This document shows positions 61,154 to 64,000 of a stretch of 64,000 nucleotides of DNA, one piece after another. The notes beneath the pieces were generated by a model. The model was not told where the DNA came from and did no database searches. It saw only the letters and a list, made by a program, of their open reading frames with translations. A program made the translations under genes and the position numbers. The stretch's first letter is position 1; each line of letters starts with the position of its first letter. The DNA comes from Spirochaetia bacterium (GTDB taxonomy: Bacteria > Spirochaetota > Spirochaetia > UBA9216): positions 1,728,001 through 1,792,000 of the forward strand of contig OY776510.1 in NCBI GenBank assembly GCA_963675665.1. The letters are read 5' to 3'.

Positions 61154-61819
61154 TGTGTTCAGCCGAAAAAAACGTGCACGCGCCGGGCCGCGCGCCGCAA
61201 AAAAACGGCTTCGCTTCGCTGCAGATGTTTTTTCACGCCGCACGGTCTTGCGCGAAGGACGAATAACTGCGGCTGAAAAACAAGGAAAAATCGCTGGAGG
61301 TTTTATGTTTAAAGGGCGCGTTTGTTTTTGCGGAGCAGCTTTTGGGTATTGCATATTTTGTGTTCAGCCGAAAAAAAGTGTACGCGCCGGGCCGCGCGCC
61401 GCAAAAAAACGGCTTCGCTTCGCTGCAGATGTTTTTTCACGCCGCACGGCCTTGCGCGAAGGACGAATAACTGCGGTTGAACAATAGAGAAAGATCATCG
61501 CAGTCTTTATGTTTAAAGGGTTTATTTGTTCTTGCGGAGCAGTTTTTGGGTATTGCATATTTTGTGTTCAGCCGAAAAAACGTATACGCGCCTGACCGCG
61601 CGCCGCAAAAAAACGGCTTCGCTTCGCTGCAGATGTTTTTTCACACCGCACAGTCTTGCGCGAAGGACGTATAACTGCGGCTGAAAAACAAGGAAAAATC
61701 GCCGGAGGTTTTATGTTTAAAGGGTTTATTTGTTCTTGCGGAGCAGTTTTTGGGTATTGCATATTTTGTGTTCAGCCGAAAAAACGTATACGCGCCTGAC
61801 CGCGCGTCGCAAAAAAACA
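61154..61819. repeat. Tandem array of ~204-bp structured repeat units (three full and one partial)
   Basis: TGTGTTCAGCCGAAAAAA recurs at 61154, 61359, 61563 and 61767 (periods 205/204/204). Confidence 0.95.
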
Positions 61820-61850
61820 GGACGGTTTCCCGGGTTAGGAAACCGCCCTG
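61812..61850 (-). terminator. Intrinsic terminator of the AOR operon
   Basis: Minus strand CAGGGCGGTTTCC-TAACCCG-GGAAACCGTCCTG-TTTTTTT. Confidence 0.75.
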
Positions 61851-61890
61851 AAAAATGCTGTCCTGCAAATGCCGGATTACATTTGAAACA

Positions 61891-63690
61891 CTATAATACT
61901 TCTTTGTAAGCCTCAATGAATTTTTTCTCTATGCCGAGTTCTTCAAGTTTTTCAACTGTGGGCCGGCCTTTATCGTCCCATCCGCGGTAAGCGTAGTATT
62001 CGTCCATGGCCTTGTCGAAAGCTTCTTTTGTGTAGGCAATGTCTTTCGGCGGGCCTGCTTTAAGCAGTTCCTTGTGAAAGCGTTCCGGCAGTTTGTCTTC
62101 GGTTCGGTCGAATCCGGCCATGATGTTGAACATTCTCTGCAGGTTGAAAACCCTTTCGCCGGTTTTATAGATTTTATCGGCCGGCCAGCTGCCGCCGTAA
62201 GAGAGTTCGAATAATCTGCCCAGGGTTTCGTCGTCAATCGGCCAGAAGTCGCAGACGCCCATCGAGAATTTACAGAACTGCGAGTTCTGCATGTCGGCTA
62301 CAAGTTTGCCCTTGCCTTCGAAAGTGAAAGGATCAAGTTCTCCCCATGCTTCTTCGGCAATCGGGTAGGCCGACATATGGCAGCCTCCGCGCGGCGCCGT
62401 TACGTATGCTATTCCCATCGACCACGATCCGCGCGGGTCATAACCCGGAAGTTCCAGGCCTTTTACCTGGATTGCGAAATCCTCGCCGCCGTATTTTTCC
62501 GACAGGGCTTTGGACCCTGATGCGGCCTCATCGCCTATTCCTTCGCGGTTGGCAATCTTGTGAAGCATGGCAATTGCGCCGTCGGCATCGCCGAAGCTGA
62601 TGCCGAAATCGTGCATGCCTTTTTCGGTTGCTTCCATCATGTAGGCTATTGTTCCACCTGCCGAGATAGTGTCGACACCGAGATCGTCGCAGACGGAGTT
62701 AAATTCGATTACTTTTTCACGGTTGCCCACATACAGAGACGAACCGCCGAGAACAATACTTTCGTATTCTGGGCCTTCGACGGAGGCTTTTCCGTCTACA
62801 ACATAATTTCCGCATGCAATTCCGCATGAAAAGCAGCCTTTTTTATTTTTACGGACATCCTTGAATGACTGTCCGTTGATTTTTTCAGCGTCCGCGAATG
62901 TTCCTTCCTGAAAATTACGGGTCGGAAGCAGGCCGGACTCCTGGCTGTAGTCAACCAGACATGATGTCCCGAGATCGTAGATCTCATTGTCGTCAGCGGT
63001 TACCTCATCGCGGGCGGTGACTTCTTTCGAATATTTCAGCAGCCCCTGCAGATCATTAACGTGTACATCAAGCTTTCCCCTTATTGCGATTGCCTTCAGG
63101 TTCTTGCTGCCCATGACTGCCGCCATTCCGCCGCGGCCGAGCTGCCGGTATTTCTCTGAAGATACGCAGGCAAAGGGAACAAGGTTTTCTCCTGCCGGAC
63201 CTATAGCGAGTACTTTCGTCTCTTCATCGCCCAGCTCTTCCTTGAGTTTTGCGTCGACGGCAAATGTGCCGAGTCCTTTCAGAAAAGCGGCATCCCTGAT
63301 TTCAGCCTTTTCATCGGTGATATACAGGTAAGACAGTTTGTCTGCTTTGCCTTTGATATCTACCGCGTCAAAGCCTGCATATTTAAGCTCCGCGCCGGTA
63401 TGCCCTCCGACGGAACCGTCCGTTATTGTGCCTGAAAGAGGTGATTTCGTAGTCATGGCAAGCTTGGAAGAACAAGAAACAATTGTTCCGCCCATAATTG
63501 AAGCCGTCAGTACTACCTTGTTGTCGGGAGAAAAGGGATCAGTTTTCGGGTCAACATCTTCAATCAGTATCCTTGAGCCGAGGCCTTTCTGCCCCGTATA
63601 TAATTCAACCCATTCTACCGGTGTTTCCTCTTTACTTATTGTTCCGGAACTGAGGTCGATTTTCAGTATTTTCCCCATTAAGCTGTTCAT
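61891..63690 (-). CDS. aor: Tungsten aldehyde:ferredoxin oxidoreductase family protein
   Basis: GKILKIDLS, KSPLSG, ELKYAGFD, IGPAGEN, GRGGMAAVMGSKNLKAI, CFSCGIAC, EGPEYE, GYDPRG, RGGCH, YYAYRGWD. Confidence 0.93.
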   Translation of the reverse strand: MNSLMGKILKIDLSSGTISKEETPVEWVELYTGQKGLGSRILIEDVDPKTDPFSPDNKVVLTASIMGGTIVSCSSKLAMTTKSPLSGTITDGSVGGHTGAELKYAGFDAVDIKGKADKLSYLYITDEKAEIRDAAFLKGLGTFAVDAKLKEELGDEETKVLAIGPAGENLVPFACVSSEKYRQLGRGGMAAVMGSKNLKAIAIRGKLDVHVNDLQGLLKYSKEVTARDEVTADDNEIYDLGTSCLVDYSQESGLLPTRNFQEGTFADAEKINGQSFKDVRKNKKGCFSCGIACGNYVVDGKASVEGPEYESIVLGGSSLYVGNREKVIEFNSVCDDLGVDTISAGGTIAYMMEATEKGMHDFGISFGDADGAIAMLHKIANREGIGDEAASGSKALSEKYGGEDFAIQVKGLELPGYDPRGSWSMGIAYVTAPRGGCHMSAYPIAEEAWGELDPFTFEGKGKLVADMQNSQFCKFSMGVCDFWPIDDETLGRLFELSYGGSWPADKIYKTGERVFNLQRMFNIMAGFDRTEDKLPERFHKELLKAGPPKDIAYTKEAFDKAMDEYYAYRGWDDKGRPTVEKLEELGIEKKFIEAYKEVL

Positions 63691-64000
63691 GCGTTAACCC
63701 CCTTACGTTCCTTAAGCGATATTACTCCTTTCGGGCACCATTCGATGCACTGGGGTTCGCCGCCGCAGAGATCACAAATCGTGGACTTTTTATTATTCAG
63801 AAAAATTATCTTTGTCGGACAGTTTTTAACGCATGTTCCGCACCCGATACATTTATTTTCGTCAACGATCATCCAGCGGCCGTTATTACTGATTGCTCCT
63901 ACAGGACAAACCTTTTCACATTTTTTGCAGAGAATGCAGCTTTTTGAAGCGATTTTTATTCCCTCGTCGTTGTATTCGTGAATCATCCTGAGCCTTGCTT
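63687..64000 (-). CDS. 4Fe-4S dicluster (AOR-associated) protein; 5' end probably outside the window
   Basis: CILCKKCEKVCP, CIGCGTCVKNCP, CDLCGGEPQCIEWCP; frame open to the window edge. Confidence 0.88.
   Translation of the reverse strand, partial: ARLRMIHEYNDEGIKIASKSCILCKKCEKVCPVGAISNNGRWMIVDENKCIGCGTCVKNCPTKIIFLNNKKSTICDLCGGEPQCIEWCPKGVISLKERKGVNA

Noticed and set aside
61154-61819. CRISPR array interpretation of the tandem repeat
   Set aside because: Units are about 204 bp and similar along their whole length, there are no unique spacers (units 1 and 3 share the variable segment), and no cas genes are in the window.
61154-61819. Integron attC cassette array
   Set aside because: No clean RYYYAAC...GTTRRRY boundaries, no cassette ORFs between units and no integrase in the window.
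61148-61916. ORFs predicted on both strands of the tandem array
   Set aside because: No RBS, low-complexity products and inconsistent frames on the plus strand; not listed as CDS features.

Overview
Bacterial chromosomal window, most likely from a free-living anaerobic spirochaete (inferred from the style of the signal peptides and the LPP20-like, PilZ, DUF2147, Na+-PPase and tungsten-AOR genes; not proven). Positions 1-9881 are a mostly AT-rich, partly decayed catabolic island with a TPP-enzyme/CaiB chimera, a GctAB-like CoA-transferase whose B subunit has an in-frame TGA, a ribose-type ABC importer, an intact CaiB and a double hot-dog protein. This is followed by an IS256 remnant cut by a complete IS66, which has no target duplication and also clips a 7TM-LuxR regulator. 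The rest holds an FG-GAP lipoprotein, a LacI polyol ABC locus, an out-of-context dxr operon, hppA, tRNA-Leu(GAG), a TRAP/aldolase/FGGY locus, msrBA, fucU/manC/DUF4954, a TetR-ABC exporter, a MalT/BTAD regulator facing an aminotransferase-SSS-saccharopine-dehydrogenase-like cluster, and an AOR operon. The most unusual non-coding signals are a ~204-bp structured tandem array (61154-61819), a leader-peptide/double-terminator attenuator in front of a small basic protein (59417-60022), and a dispersed multi-hairpin element placed just upstream of ribosome-binding sites (about 30002, 47999, 49107 and 57415). All calls come from reading the sequence; no database search was run.
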